From the NCBI GenBank assembly GCA_051294375.1, contig CM119263.1:4915273-4979272 (forward strand): a stretch of DNA of 64,000 nt. Reading direction: 5' to 3'. The notes below the pieces were generated by a model. The model ran no database searches. It was not told the origin of the DNA and was given only the letters and a program-made list of their open reading frames with translations. Origin of the DNA: Paraspadella gotoi. Taxonomy: Eukaryota > Animalia > Chaetognatha. The translations under genes were made by a program, and so were the position numbers. Shown here piece after piece: positions 52,901 to 64,000 of this stretch. How positions within the stretch are numbered: the stretch's first letter is position 1; every line of letters begins with the position of its first letter.

Positions 52901-54114
52901 NNNNNNNNNNNNNNNNNNNNNNNNNNNNNNNNNNNNNNNNNNNNNNNNNNNNNNNNNNNNNNNNNNNNNNNNNNNNNNNNNNNNNNNNNNNNNNNNNNNN
53001 NNNNNNNNNNNNNNNNNNNNNNNNNNNNNNNNNNNNTGAAGGAAGGGCGCGGAGACGGAAGGGAGACGAAGAAGACGACGACGAAAATGACGACGACGAC
53101 GATGACGACGACGACGACTCCTAACGACCAAAGCCGAGAAGCGATTCGCCAGGTAAACCGTCCCAAAAGCACTTTCGCGGTTGACAGGAAATCGTTTTTC
53201 GATTCCGAGACTCTCTCTCTCTCTCTCTNNNNNNNNNNNNNNNNNNNNNNNNNNNNNNNNNNNNNNNNNNNNNNNNNNNNNNNNNNNNNNNNNNNNNNNN
53301 NNNNNNNNNNNNNNNNNNNNNNNNNNNNNNNNNNNNNNNNNNNNNNNNNNNNNNNNNNNNNNNNNNNNNNNNNNNNNNNNNNNNNNNNNNNNNNNNNNNN
53401 NNNNNNNNNNNNNNNNNNNNNNNNNNNNNNNNNCTCTCTCTCTCTCGTTCCGACGCTTTTTATCGTCGTCTCTCTTCTTTTACGCCTTCCCTGTTTCCGG
53501 TTTTTTCTTTCCTTTTTTTACTTTCATGTTCATCTTCTTTTTCTTCTCCCGTTTCAATTTTGTTAAAATCTTAGACATACTAAAGTATAGAACATTATTT
53601 ATTTGACTGCCAAGCTACACACAGTTATGATACGACCGGTTTTTGACATTCCTCTGAGTGATCGGGGAGTACACGAGTCATCACACTTACATGTGAATTC
53701 TCAAACTCACTGTTGGAATCTTTGGAATCTGCCGTCTGTTCACATTGACTCACTCACTCCGTTTTACCGCCGACATCCGGAGTGATTCCCTAACTCTCTT
53801 ATTACACTTGTTAGTATTACTGTTACTATTACTATTACTATTACTATTACCCGAGATCTTCTTATCACTTATCTTTTCTGGCCTACACCATTTTCCCGAC
53901 TGACTGACTGACTGAGAGACTTAAATTTTGGGNNNNNNNNNNNNNNNNNNNNNNNNNNNNNNNNNNNNNNNNNNNNNNNNNNNNNNNNNNNNNNNNNNNN
54001 NNNNNNNNNNNNNNNNNNNNNNNNNNNNNNNNNNNNNGAGAACCTGAGACCGAGAACTTCCGGGAAAATCGATCGCGAGTCAAAATTCTTTCACGATTCG
54101 ATGTCGATGACCTT

Positions 54115-54302
54115 TTCCCTTCAAGTCACGTGACTTTCCCTTCAGGTCACGTGACTTTCCCTTCAAGTCACGTGACTTTCACTTCAAGTCACGTGACTTT
54201 CCCATTCAAGTTACGTGACTTCATATTCTATCACGTGACTTTCACTTATGTTACGTGGCTCCCGATTCTTTCACGTGACTTCCATATCTAGCACATGACT
54301 TT
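54115..54302. repeat. 20-22 bp minisatellite (9 units) built on the palindrome AAGTCACGTGACTT
   Basis: Unit TCAAGTCACGTGACTTTCCCT; hexamer cores start at 54127, 54148, 54169, 54190, 54212, 54232, 54252, 54272 and 54292 (6 CACGTG, 2 TACGTG, 1 CACATG). Confidence 0.9.
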
Positions 54303-54608
54303 TTGCGTTGTAAACTTATTATATCTACGTATATCACTATATCACAGATAATATGACTGCTGCTCTCCTTTCCTCTTCTCACCCAATTATGATATCACTT
54401 CTAATGTCACTACCATTCCCCGCTTATCACCTATCATTACTCCCAATTCCCTTTTCATCACATCACTTCTATCATTACTCACAATTCCCGTCAGTCACAC
54501 GAAAACCTTTTCTCTTCATTTTCCGGGATGAACATAAAAAATCAAAACAAGCCGAAGATGGAAAGAGGGAGACCCAATTTCCAAGCAAAACTCCTTTTCC
54601 CCAAATAA

Positions 54609-54645
<37 letters not shown>

Positions 54646-54893
54646 NNNNNNNNNNNNNNNNNNNNNNNNNNNNNNNNNNNNNNNNNNNNNNNNNNNNNNN
54701 NNNNNNNNNNNNNNNNNNNNNNNNNNNNNNNNNNNNNNNNNNNNNNNNNNNNNNNNNNNNNNNNNNNNNNNNNNNNNNNNNNNNNNNNNNNNNNNNNNNN
54801 NNNNNNNNNNNNNNNNNNNNNNNNNNNNNNNNNNNNNNNNNNNNNNNNNNNNNNNNNNNNNNNNNNNNNNNNNNNNNNNNNNNNNNNNNNNNN

Positions 54894-54930
<37 letters not shown>

Positions 54931-55512
54931 GCTGATAAAAATTGCCTGTGAATTTGTGCCAACATTTTTGTTCTCGTTTTATTCGTCTGAAGGCAAAGAA
55001 ACTTCCATAAAAAAGAAAAGGAGAGAGAGAGAAAGAGAGAGAGAGAGAGCGAGAGAGAGAGAGAGAGAGAGTAGAGCCGCTCTCACTTTCGAGGACAGAG
55101 GGAAAATCTTTTCAAGGTCGAAAATATTTTTTTAAAGACGCGATGAAAATATGAAATTGAATAAAAGAGAAAAAATAAATTATAGAGAAGGAAATTTAAT
55201 TTATTATTAAAAAGAAGAATAAAAGTTGACTACAGTTGAGACGAATAAAGATACAAAGTTAAATGCAAGAAAGAAAACCAAGTTAACTATTTGGGGTGAC
55301 CCAAGGAGAAACTCTCCAAATTCAATTTAAAATTCCGCTTTACATTTCATTTTTCATTTTTCATTTTTTTTTTCATTTTTTCATTTTTTATTCTTTTCTC
55401 TATTGAAATTATTTTTTACTTGACATAGACTTTTTATTTTCTTTTCCCTTCATTTCTTTCTCTTTTCTTGTTCCATTCACCATTCTGGGTGACTATGGCC
55501 TTGTCGATCCCA

Positions 55513-55641
<129 letters not shown>

Positions 55642-55706
55642 AAACACAATCACTGACTTTTCACTTTTGGTCATTTTGTCTATAATGACCTTTGCGTCTT
55701 TGCAAA

Positions 55707-55740
<34 letters not shown>

Positions 55741-55817
55741 GCTTCAGTGACTGACCATCAATCTTCGGCATCGACTCAGGTTTTAGAATCGTTTCTCGGT
55801 CGGTTGGTTCGTCTATT

Positions 55818-55945
55818 AGTCAGTCGTATTGTCAGTCTTATTGTCAGTCTAAATGTCAGTCTAATTATCAGTCGTATTGTCTTCTGTCTTTCTAAAAGTC
55901 AGTCTAAATGTCAGTCTAATTGTCAGTCTAAATGTCAGTCTTATT
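55818..55945 (+). repeat. 12-bp minisatellite (TGTCAGTCTAAA/T-like), ~9 units, followed by (ACAATT)n at ~55985-56046
   Basis: Repeating GTCAGTCGTATT / GTCAGTCTTATT / GTCAGTCTAAAT units. Confidence 0.8.
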
Positions 55946-56211
55946 TTCAACAGTTTGTAGGTAGATCAGTTGCAAAAAAGCTGCAACAATTACAATTACA
56001 AATACAATTACAATAACAATTAAAATTACTATGACAATTACAATTAGGAAAACAACGACANNNNNNNNNNNNNNNNNNNNNNNNNNNNNNNNNNNNNNNN
56101 NNNNNNNNNNNNNNNNNNNNNNNNNNNNNNNNNNNNNNNNNNNNNNNNNNNNNNNNNNNNNNNNNNNNNNNNNNNNNNNNNNNNNNNNNNNNNNNNNNNN
56201 NNNNNNNNNNN

Positions 56212-56246
<35 letters not shown>

Positions 56247-56844
56247 CAAGAGAAAAGCCAATACTACAAATTCAAGATCCTCAATTTCAATTAACTTCAC
56301 AATTCTTATCACTTTCACTGATTCTGTGTGAGAGTTTCTTGGTGAACAAATGTCTTTCGCTAACGATCGTCACGTGTTGTGATGTTTTCTTTGATTGTGG
56401 GAATATTTTTGAAGTCCCAACCGCGAATGAAAATGAGAATGAAGGAACGACTTGGTAGAAACTTCTTTCTTTTTTCTTTCTCTCTTTTTCTATCTTTCTG
56501 TCAATGTGGTGAAAACCTCTTTTTTTCCTGTCTTTCTTTCCTTCCTTATTTCTTTCTATTTTCTCTCTTTCTTTCCTTCTATCTTTCTATCTTTCTTTCT
56601 TTCTATCTTTTTTCTTTCTTGCTTTCTTTTTTATTCCCCTTCTTTCCTTCATTCTTTCTTTTTATCTTCCATGTATTTTTTAGCTTTCTTTTATCTCCTT
56701 TATTCTTCCTCCATATTTTTTTCCCTCCCCCTCTTTTCCTCTTTTATGCTTCCCCATCTCTCTTTCGCGCTCGCTGTATCTCGTTCTGCTTTCTTGATCG
56801 TTTATTCTCTTTAAGGATGCAAATATCGGCCGACGACGACGACG

Positions 56845-56878
<34 letters not shown>

Positions 56879-56966
56879 ACGCAATCTGATGAGAATTTCG
56901 CTTTTGGGGGAAGACGAAAATCATGATGCACCATCGCGTTATAATCGTCTCCTTCTCTCGATGATG

Positions 56967-57002
<36 letters not shown>

Positions 57003-57689
57003 TCGCAACAACAGTGGCGATGAACTGCGAAGAAAAGAGACGTTGTTAAGTTTACGACATAAGCTGTTGCTTCAGCTGTGTAACATGACCGATTCCAACA
57101 ACACATTATAATCAGCCAAAAGACATGGAGAAGCAGAGGCTGCGGCTGCGGCGGCGAATGTTGCGGCAGCGGTAGATCAGTTTTGGTTTAACTGCAGCAA
57201 GAAATGCTTGCGGCAACAGAATCTTAACGACGACGACGACGACGACGATGACGACGACACGGTTTGCGGCGGCTGCGGGGGCGGCAGAGATGGTTGGGGA
57301 GGCGGCGGCGGCAACGGCGGCGGAGGCGGAGGCGGCGACGGCGGTTCCATCATGATCGCGTTCCATCGACGGAACCGAGATTTTTCCTTTTTTTTTCTCA
57401 CGTTTCCCGGACGTGACTAAGATCAAGCGGAGAGACGAGGAAGGGTGGGACAAAGAGTGGAAGGGAGGAAGAGATGAAGGGAAGCAGAGAGGAAAGGACG
57501 AAAGGAGGTAGGGAAGGGAGGGAGAGGAAGGAAGGGAGGGAGGAAGAGAGGAAGGGAAGGAGAAAGGGAGGAAGGGATGAAGGGAGATGAAGGGAGGGAG
57601 AGGAAGGAAGGGAGGGAAGGAGGGAGGGAGGGAGAAGAAAACGCGTGGTTCAGAAGATGAAACCTTTTTTTGTAACGATTTCATTTTTT

Positions 57690-57795
57690 TAAGTTGACAC
57701 ACGGCCAGACACACGGACAGGCAGACAGACAATCAAACAGACAGTCATACGGAGAGACAGACCGCTATAAAAGCGTCTTATAGAGTCGCTTCGTG
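57690..57795 (-). mobile_element. Degenerate HINE-like 5' end relic (probable third family)
   Basis: Minus strand reads GCGACTCTATAAGACGCTTTTATAGCGGTCTGTC...GTCTGTCTGCCTGTCCGT, i.e. the ACTCTAT core followed by a GTCY microsatellite as in the other two families. No matching 3' end was found. Confidence 0.45.
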
Positions 57796-57824
57796 AAAAG
57801 TCGCCGTCCCAAAATATATAGATC

Positions 57825-58095
57825 TTGGATGGCGACAGAAAGGGCGTTGAAAATGGCATCCGTTATACCCCTGTTGGCTTCTGAGATGCCATAAGAGACA
57901 ATACCATTGATGCCATTTAGGATAGCACCGTTTACGACATCGTCATTTGCTCACGAATTCTTGTTCTTTTCCTCCGGCAGTCATTAACGCTTGTTTTATC
58001 TCTGATGGCAACGAGAAAGACCAAAAGAGAATGCCTTGGAATTGCCATCTTTAATGGCGGCCGATGCTCCATCTGTGGTTATTTTGCCATATGAG
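57825..58095. promoter_or_regulatory. Cluster of YY1/Pho-type GCCAT/ATGGC motifs next to (CT)n (PRE-like candidate)
   Basis: Eight sites in ~262 bp, in both orientations and non-tandem context (57829, 57853, 57888, 57912, 58005, 58044, 58054, 58086). Confidence 0.45.
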
Positions 58096-58153
58096 ATTAC
58101 CTACTTTCTACTTCCGATTATTTCCTGTCTTTTTCAGTATTTGTGAAAAAATT

Positions 58154-58287
<134 letters not shown>

Positions 58288-60256
58288 CCACAATTTCAAG
58301 CCAAAAACTCTTTGGATTGTCACCTCTTCGTCCGTGGGCGGAATATGTGGCCACAAACAGACAGGAGACGAATTCTGTTTTTGAATCAAAAATATTTTGT
58401 ATTTTGAGCGAGATCTAATACTTAAGGGAGTGATTCTTTTTTTTACAAATTAAACAGTTCGTTAAAACATTAAACTTCATTGATAATGGAAGCAATGATT
58501 TCGAGAGAATTTTGATAATAGTGAAAGTCACATATGAAAATTCTAAAAGTCAATTATGAACAACGTACCGCCACTGATCATTAATTTTTTTTTTAAATAT
58601 AATTTTACGTTTTTTTAATTTTCCCAGTAGGCTATATTTATATATAGTACAGTACTAACCTTATAAAATCTTAAAATTTCAAAATGTGTGGCAGACTTCT
58701 ACCCAAATGGGCTTTTCTTAATTTTGATGGGTTAATATAATAAAAAGTTAATTTTCAACATGAAATATAAGTTTTTCTGATTTTTTTTACCAAGACCCAG
58801 TGTGAAAGATGTTTCGACTCTTTTTCACCGTTTTTCTCGGGTTTTATGTTTTCACGAGTTTCTGACGGATATTTCACAAGAAATAAATGTACTCAAAATC
58901 GATAATATATAATGTATATATTATTTATATATTATATATTTATTGTATATTTATATATTATATATATAATATATAATAATAAAATTCGTTAATCATCTCC
59001 AGCATGATCTCACGTTAAAACATTTCCAAACGGGTGAAACCTCGGATAAAAGTTCGTCTCCCCGTGATTCTCACCGCTCCTGCATTTTAGATTTGACGAT
59101 GGCTCAATTCCGCTCCACTTACCAATTCCGCTTCAACTCAATTCTTTTTCGCTCCACTTCTCACGATGGAGACCCCTGCTCCTTTACTCAAGCATGAAAT
59201 ACTGAGTGACCTTCGATACTGTGGCATTATTATCGTCGTCATCATCATCATCGTCATCACTATCATCATCATCATCATCATCATCATCATTATCGTCATC
59301 GTCATAGTTATCATCGAGAATCCTCAACGACGACGACGACGACGACGACAAAAACGACGACGTTGAAAAAGACAAGGCAAAGCCAAGAAAATTAGGAGAC
59401 AAAAATCATGACGCGCGACGCCGCCCGTCCGCCCGACCGGCGCCGACCGACGCCAACCGACGCCGAAACCGAAAGTAGCCGGCGCCGCCCACTTCGCAAA
59501 TCCGCTGCCCAACGCGCGCGTGCGGCGATTAATTTCTCGCGGTTTTATAAAACAGAGAGAGAGAGAGAAGAAAGAAAGAAAGAAAGAAAGAAANNNNNNN
59601 NNNNNNNNNNNNNNNNNNNNNNNNNNNNNNNNNNNNNNNNNNNNNNNNNNNNNNNNNNNNNNNNNNNNNNNNNNNNNNNNNNNNNNNNNNNNNNNNNNNN
59701 NNNNNNNNNNNNNNNNNNNNNNNNNNNNNNNNNNNNNNNNNNNNNNNNNNNNNNNNNNNNNNNNNNNNNNNNNNNNNNNNNNNNNNNNNNNNNNNNNNNN
59801 NCTTGATTATTATTTTCTATCAAATTCTAATAAACTTGATTGACTTTAATACATAATTCATCCTTTCATCGATCCTTCCCTTTTTCTTTTCTCACGATTA
59901 AACCAAAGTCCATTTTGACACGGCCCCCCCCCCAACTTTTAACCCCCCCAACCCCCAAACCCTCTCAGAATTTCTTAACCTTTCAATAAATCTTAAAAAG
60001 TCTCAAATCTTTTTTTAAATCCCCACATTGAAAAGGCGAATCCAAGACGGTAAATCTATTCTTTTGAATATTTCATTTTCTTTCTTTTTTTTTNNNNNNN
60101 NNNNNNNNNNNNNNNNNNNNNNNNNNNNNNNNNNNNNNNNNNNNNNNNNNNNNNNNNNNNNNNNNNNNNNNNNNNNNNNNNNNNNNNNNNNNNNNNNNNN
60201 NNNNNNNNNNNNNNNNNNNNNNNNNNNNNNNNNNNNNNNNNNNNNNNNNNNNNNNN

Positions 60257-60292
<36 letters not shown>

Positions 60293-60898
60293 TTTATTTC
60301 CGTTTTCCAATTTTCTCACCAGCGCGATTCGATTCCGTCAGTCGCTCGACCAAAAAAGGTTAATTAAATTTCGTTTTCGATCTCATGTATTTATTCGATT
60401 TCCGATTGAAATTTATAGTCATCTCGCTCTCTATTTCTCTTTATTTCGCTCTCTTTTTTTTCATGTTCCCAATTGGAAGCAGTCAATGCCAAACTATCCT
60501 AAACCCAGTCTCCCTAGTCTAATCTCTTGTTTTTTCGATTTAAGCTTCATGACCGGATTTAAAGATTTAGACGTCTTCTTGTCTCCTTCTCTTTTTCTGA
60601 GCATTTTTCTTAAATCTTTTAAAACCGTGACTTTTCTTTTTCTTTTCCTCTAGTAAAATCCTTTTTTTCTTCTTTCCTCCCTCTTACCTCCTTCTCTTCC
60701 TTTCCTTTCCTCCGTTCCTTCTTCTTTCCTCCTCCTATTCCTTTCCTTTCCTCCCTCTTTCCTCCTTCTCTTCCTCTCCTTTTCAATGTGGGAAAAATCA
60801 TAGTTTTTTGCATCCAGAGGTTGAGAGGTCGACGCAAAGAGCTCGGCCATTTTTCAGGTGAAAGGGAAACTTTCCCTTGCTTCTCTCCTCTTCGTCTC

Positions 60899-60956
<58 letters not shown>

Positions 60957-62511
60957 GCCGGTCTCTTTCTCGCCGGTCCCATTCCTGTTTTTTCTATTAC
61001 TCAGTAATGGCGCAAGAGCGGAAGTTTAATCGTGGAGCGCCCATCTTTCGCAAATGGCATCGCAGCTGCGAGTTCGCGCTTGGAATGTTTTTTCTGCCAT
61101 TGTTGTTGTTGTTGTTTTTTGTTGTCATTTTTTTTGGTATTTTGTTAAATTTATTGAAAACGCTACGCTATTGAATTGTACCCATACTTTTTTATTCACT
61201 ACAATTCAGTACAAAGAGAATTTTTTTAAAGCGCAAAGCGGATCATGCTACGCTCACTATAAATTACAAAATAATTTTTTTTTTAAATCGTGAAATGAAA
61301 TGAAAAATTACTTTTTCGATTTTCTAAATTAAAACTTCTCCGAAAGAACATCATAACTCAGATTTCAAACTTACCTGCGACGAGTAGGAAATGAGATTTG
61401 TGTTTCCATTGAGAGGGGAAAAAAGAAAAAGAGGAAACGGGAGAAAGGAAAAAAANNNNNNNNNNNNNNNNNNNNNNNNNNNNNNNNNNNNNNNNNNNNN
61501 NNNNNNNNNNNNNNNNNNNNNNNNNNNNNNNNNNNNNNNNNNNNNNNNNNNNNNNNNNNNNNNNNNNNNNNNNNNNNNNNNNNNNNNNNNNNNNNNNNNN
61601 NNNNNNNNNNNNNNNNNNNNNNNNNNNNNNNNNNNNNNNNNNNNNNNNNNNNNNNNNNNNNNNNNNNNNNNNNNNNNNNNNNNNNNNNNNNNNNNNNNNN
61701 NNNNNNNNNNNNNNNNNNNNNNNNNNNNNNNNNNNNNNNNNNNNNNNNNNNNNNNNNNNNNNNNNNNNNNNNNNNNNNNNNNNNNNNNNNNNNNNNNNNN
61801 NNNNNNNNNNNNNNNNNNNNNNNNNNNNNNNNNNNNNNNNNNNNNNNNNNNNNNNNNNNNNNNNNNNNNNNNNNNNNNAAAATGAGATTAGCTTTAACCA
61901 AATTTCGTAAAAAATTCAAAATTAATTGAGGATAAAAAATTCCCGTTAATAAAATTTTCCGCTTACTCGTCAGTAGAGCTAGTTTTCATATGTTATTGTT
62001 TTAATAACAAATAAAATATCTTTATTACTAATCGAGTCTCGAGTTTGTTAATCAATGCATATTCATTTCGTTATTTATTCATTCAGTTATTCAACTTAGC
62101 TTCAAACCAAGTGTTTGAAAACGCGAAGTAAAAAAAACCATTTTTCAAAAATATATAAAATTTTTGTTCTTTCAATTTACCGACGTGAAAGAGTAATCGA
62201 TGCCGTTGTGAGACTGTGAACTTTATTTAAAAACGCGCCTTGCTTTTTTGTGACTTTCTGTTTTGTAGCGAGAGAAAAGGCTGATCCGGTTGACAACCTG
62301 ATTAATTATGACCCTAAAACTAATTGATTTAAAAAAAATATATAAAATATTTTAATTAAGTTAAGATTTAAAGTGTTAACAAAGTTGTAATAATCTAACT
62401 ACGACGAAAAAAGTCGCGACAAAGTAAAGCTAATTGTTCCTTGTTGTTGTTATTAACAATTTCCCCCTCCGCACTCAGAGAATTTTTTTTCTTTCATTAT
62501 TATATGTCCTA

Positions 62512-62555
<44 letters not shown>

Positions 62556-63362
62556 TCTTCTCTCTCTCTTTCCTACGGAGCCTCATAAAAGACCGGAAAG
62601 ATAGAAACGTTTTCTCTCAGTTTTTGTCAGAAATGTCAGAAGACATAAATTCAGCGCATTTTGTCTCTCGCTTTCTCTCTCTCTCTNNNNNNNNNNNNNN
62701 NNNNNNNNNNNNNNNNNNNNNNNNNNNNNNNNNNNNNNNNNNNNNNNNNNNNNNNNNNNNNNNNNNNNNNNNNNNNNNNNNNNNNNTAAAGTTAAATTTA
62801 GAAATTTTACTACGCCTTACTGTTCAGTGTTCGCGCTTTGGCAGTAGGTAGATGAGATCGCGGCATCATTGTAAGTGGGGGAGAATTTATAGTGGCTACT
62901 TTAAATAGTCTATTTAAACTATGTTGGTTGTTTCTAGTCATTAAAATGATTTTTGTCTCCTCTAGCGAATGAAATAAATTTTTAAACAAATTTTTAACGC
63001 ATTTTTGAATGACAGTTCTTTTCTAGTGTCGCTTATAAAATTCAAAACAAATATTGGTAAAAGTACAAATTGTGGTAAAGCAAAATAATTGTTTAATAGT
63101 TGTTTAAAAGTGACAGACAATGATAAAGGGGATGACAAAGGGTATGACAGACAGTGTTGAGAATAGAGGCAATATTCAATATTCAATCATTGTTTGAATA
63201 TATGTGATTGATGATTTGCAGAGAGGACGACCAATCACATCACAAAGCTTACCAAGTTTTTTTCATAGGTCAATTCATTGATGATTTAATAATGATGATT
63301 TAATTCTACTGTACCAATGATGATCAAAAATAACCTAAAATGAATTTATTGATCATTTGTAG

Positions 63363-63581
63363 GCTGGATCTTTCCAAAGCAAAAAAGGACAGACATTGTG
63401 TGATATCTGCCCAATTGGATATTTTTCAAAAAAACATGGATCAAAAAAATGCAAAAAATGTTCAGCTGGAAGTGTTGCAAAATTTGTAGGTTCCCGTTTT
63501 TGCATCCAGTGTGAAAAAGGGACGATAGCAGTTGATGGTAAAAGATGTCTGCCATGTGGACGCGGAAAATATGTTTACAAA
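63363..63581 (+). CDS. Internal coding exon with tandem Cys-rich Ephrin_rec_like (GCC2_GCC3, PF07699-type) repeats of a secreted or cell-surface protein (SCUBE/SVEP1/ELAPOR-like architecture)
   Basis: Acceptor tttgtag|GCT (AG at 63361-63362) and donor AAA|gtaaga (GT at 63582). 219 nt = 73 codons, phase 0/0, no stops: AGSFQSKKGQTLCDICPIGYFSKKHGSKKCKKCSAGSVAKFVGSRFCIQCEKGTIAVDGKRCLPCGRGKYVYK. The repeated CxxCxxG(Y/S/T/K) periodicity is typical of this domain. No other exon of the gene was identified. Confidence 0.85.
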
Positions 63582-63619
63582 GTAAGACACTTTTTGTGTG
63601 AGTTTATAACTTTTTCATA

Positions 63620-64000
63620 TACACTGCGGTGCAAAAAAAAGTAGCCACTTTTTTTCACACCAAAAAAAACCATATAGGATGGCTGAATTTCACAGAGAAA
63701 TGGAAATATAAAATAAAGTAAGAGCCGACGTTGTTCTTATAAAGCAAGGAAGATTTTTTAAATGGAGATTTTCGTTCAAATCTGACTACCAAACAATGTA
63801 AACGCCCCTGGGAAAAAATCAGGTGACAAATAAATGTAAAAACACTTGATTCCGATCCTGTTGCATTTGAAGGGCTCGCTTTTTTTTTCTCTTGTCAAAT
63901 AACCATAATTTTGACATCAAATCATCAGATTCAAATGGACTGATCCGTTCAGGAAAACAATTTTGACGCAATTTTTATATATAAAATAAAGGGATTTCTC
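63620..64000 (+). mobile_element. Probable left end of a Tc1/mariner-type (MITE-like) element in the intron after the Cys-rich exon
   Basis: TA|CACTGCGGTGCAAAAAAAAGTAGCCAC at 63620 resembles Tc1-family termini (TA target, CA(C/G)TG start, CAAAA motif). No partner TIR within the window. Confidence 0.4.

Noticed and set aside
51871-53566. Longest ORFs in the track (417 and 555 aa)
   Set aside because: Mostly N gap translated as X.
54115-54302. CRISPR-like appearance (palindromic repeats at regular spacing)
   Set aside because: Spacers are only ~7 bp and related to each other, the context is eukaryotic, and no cas genes are present; it is a minisatellite.
61007-61174. MAQERKF... ORF with a hydrophobic stretch as a possible first exon of the Cys-rich gene
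   Set aside because: The hydrophobic run derives from a (TTG)n/T-rich repeat and there is no convincing in-frame donor before the stop.

Overview
Eukaryotic (most likely invertebrate animal) genomic DNA, AT-rich, gene-poor and dense in microsatellites ((CT/GA)n, (AAAG)n, (GAC)n, (GAT)n, (GATG)n), with many N gaps. Almost all ORFs in the supplied track come from simple repeats or N runs. The only well-supported coding sequence is one 219-bp, phase-0/0 exon at 63363-63581 (+) encoding Cys-rich Ephrin_rec_like/GCC2_GCC3-type repeats. Four multi-kb segments occur twice, with at least one copy showing indel-rich long-read-type noise next to 25-N or 100-N gaps, so these are probably assembly or haplotype duplications. 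In two of these pairs one copy is an empty T7 site and the other carries the same ~2.6-2.8 kb non-autonomous Helentron-type element (HINE/DINE-1-like: subterminal inverted repeats, 5' hairpin, GTCC microsatellite, central tandem repeats, 3' stem-loop, T-run target without TSD). This points to a recently mobile family. One copy sits exactly in the 3' T-tail of a second, shorter HINE family. Other notable structure: dense YY1/Pho-type GCCAT clusters beside GA repeats (Polycomb-response-element-like), a 21-bp minisatellite of palindromic E-box/CLEAR motifs, an inverted ~1.1 kb dispersed repeat pair and a probable Tc1-like terminus. All alignments and counts were done by eye; boundaries of noisy segments are approximate.
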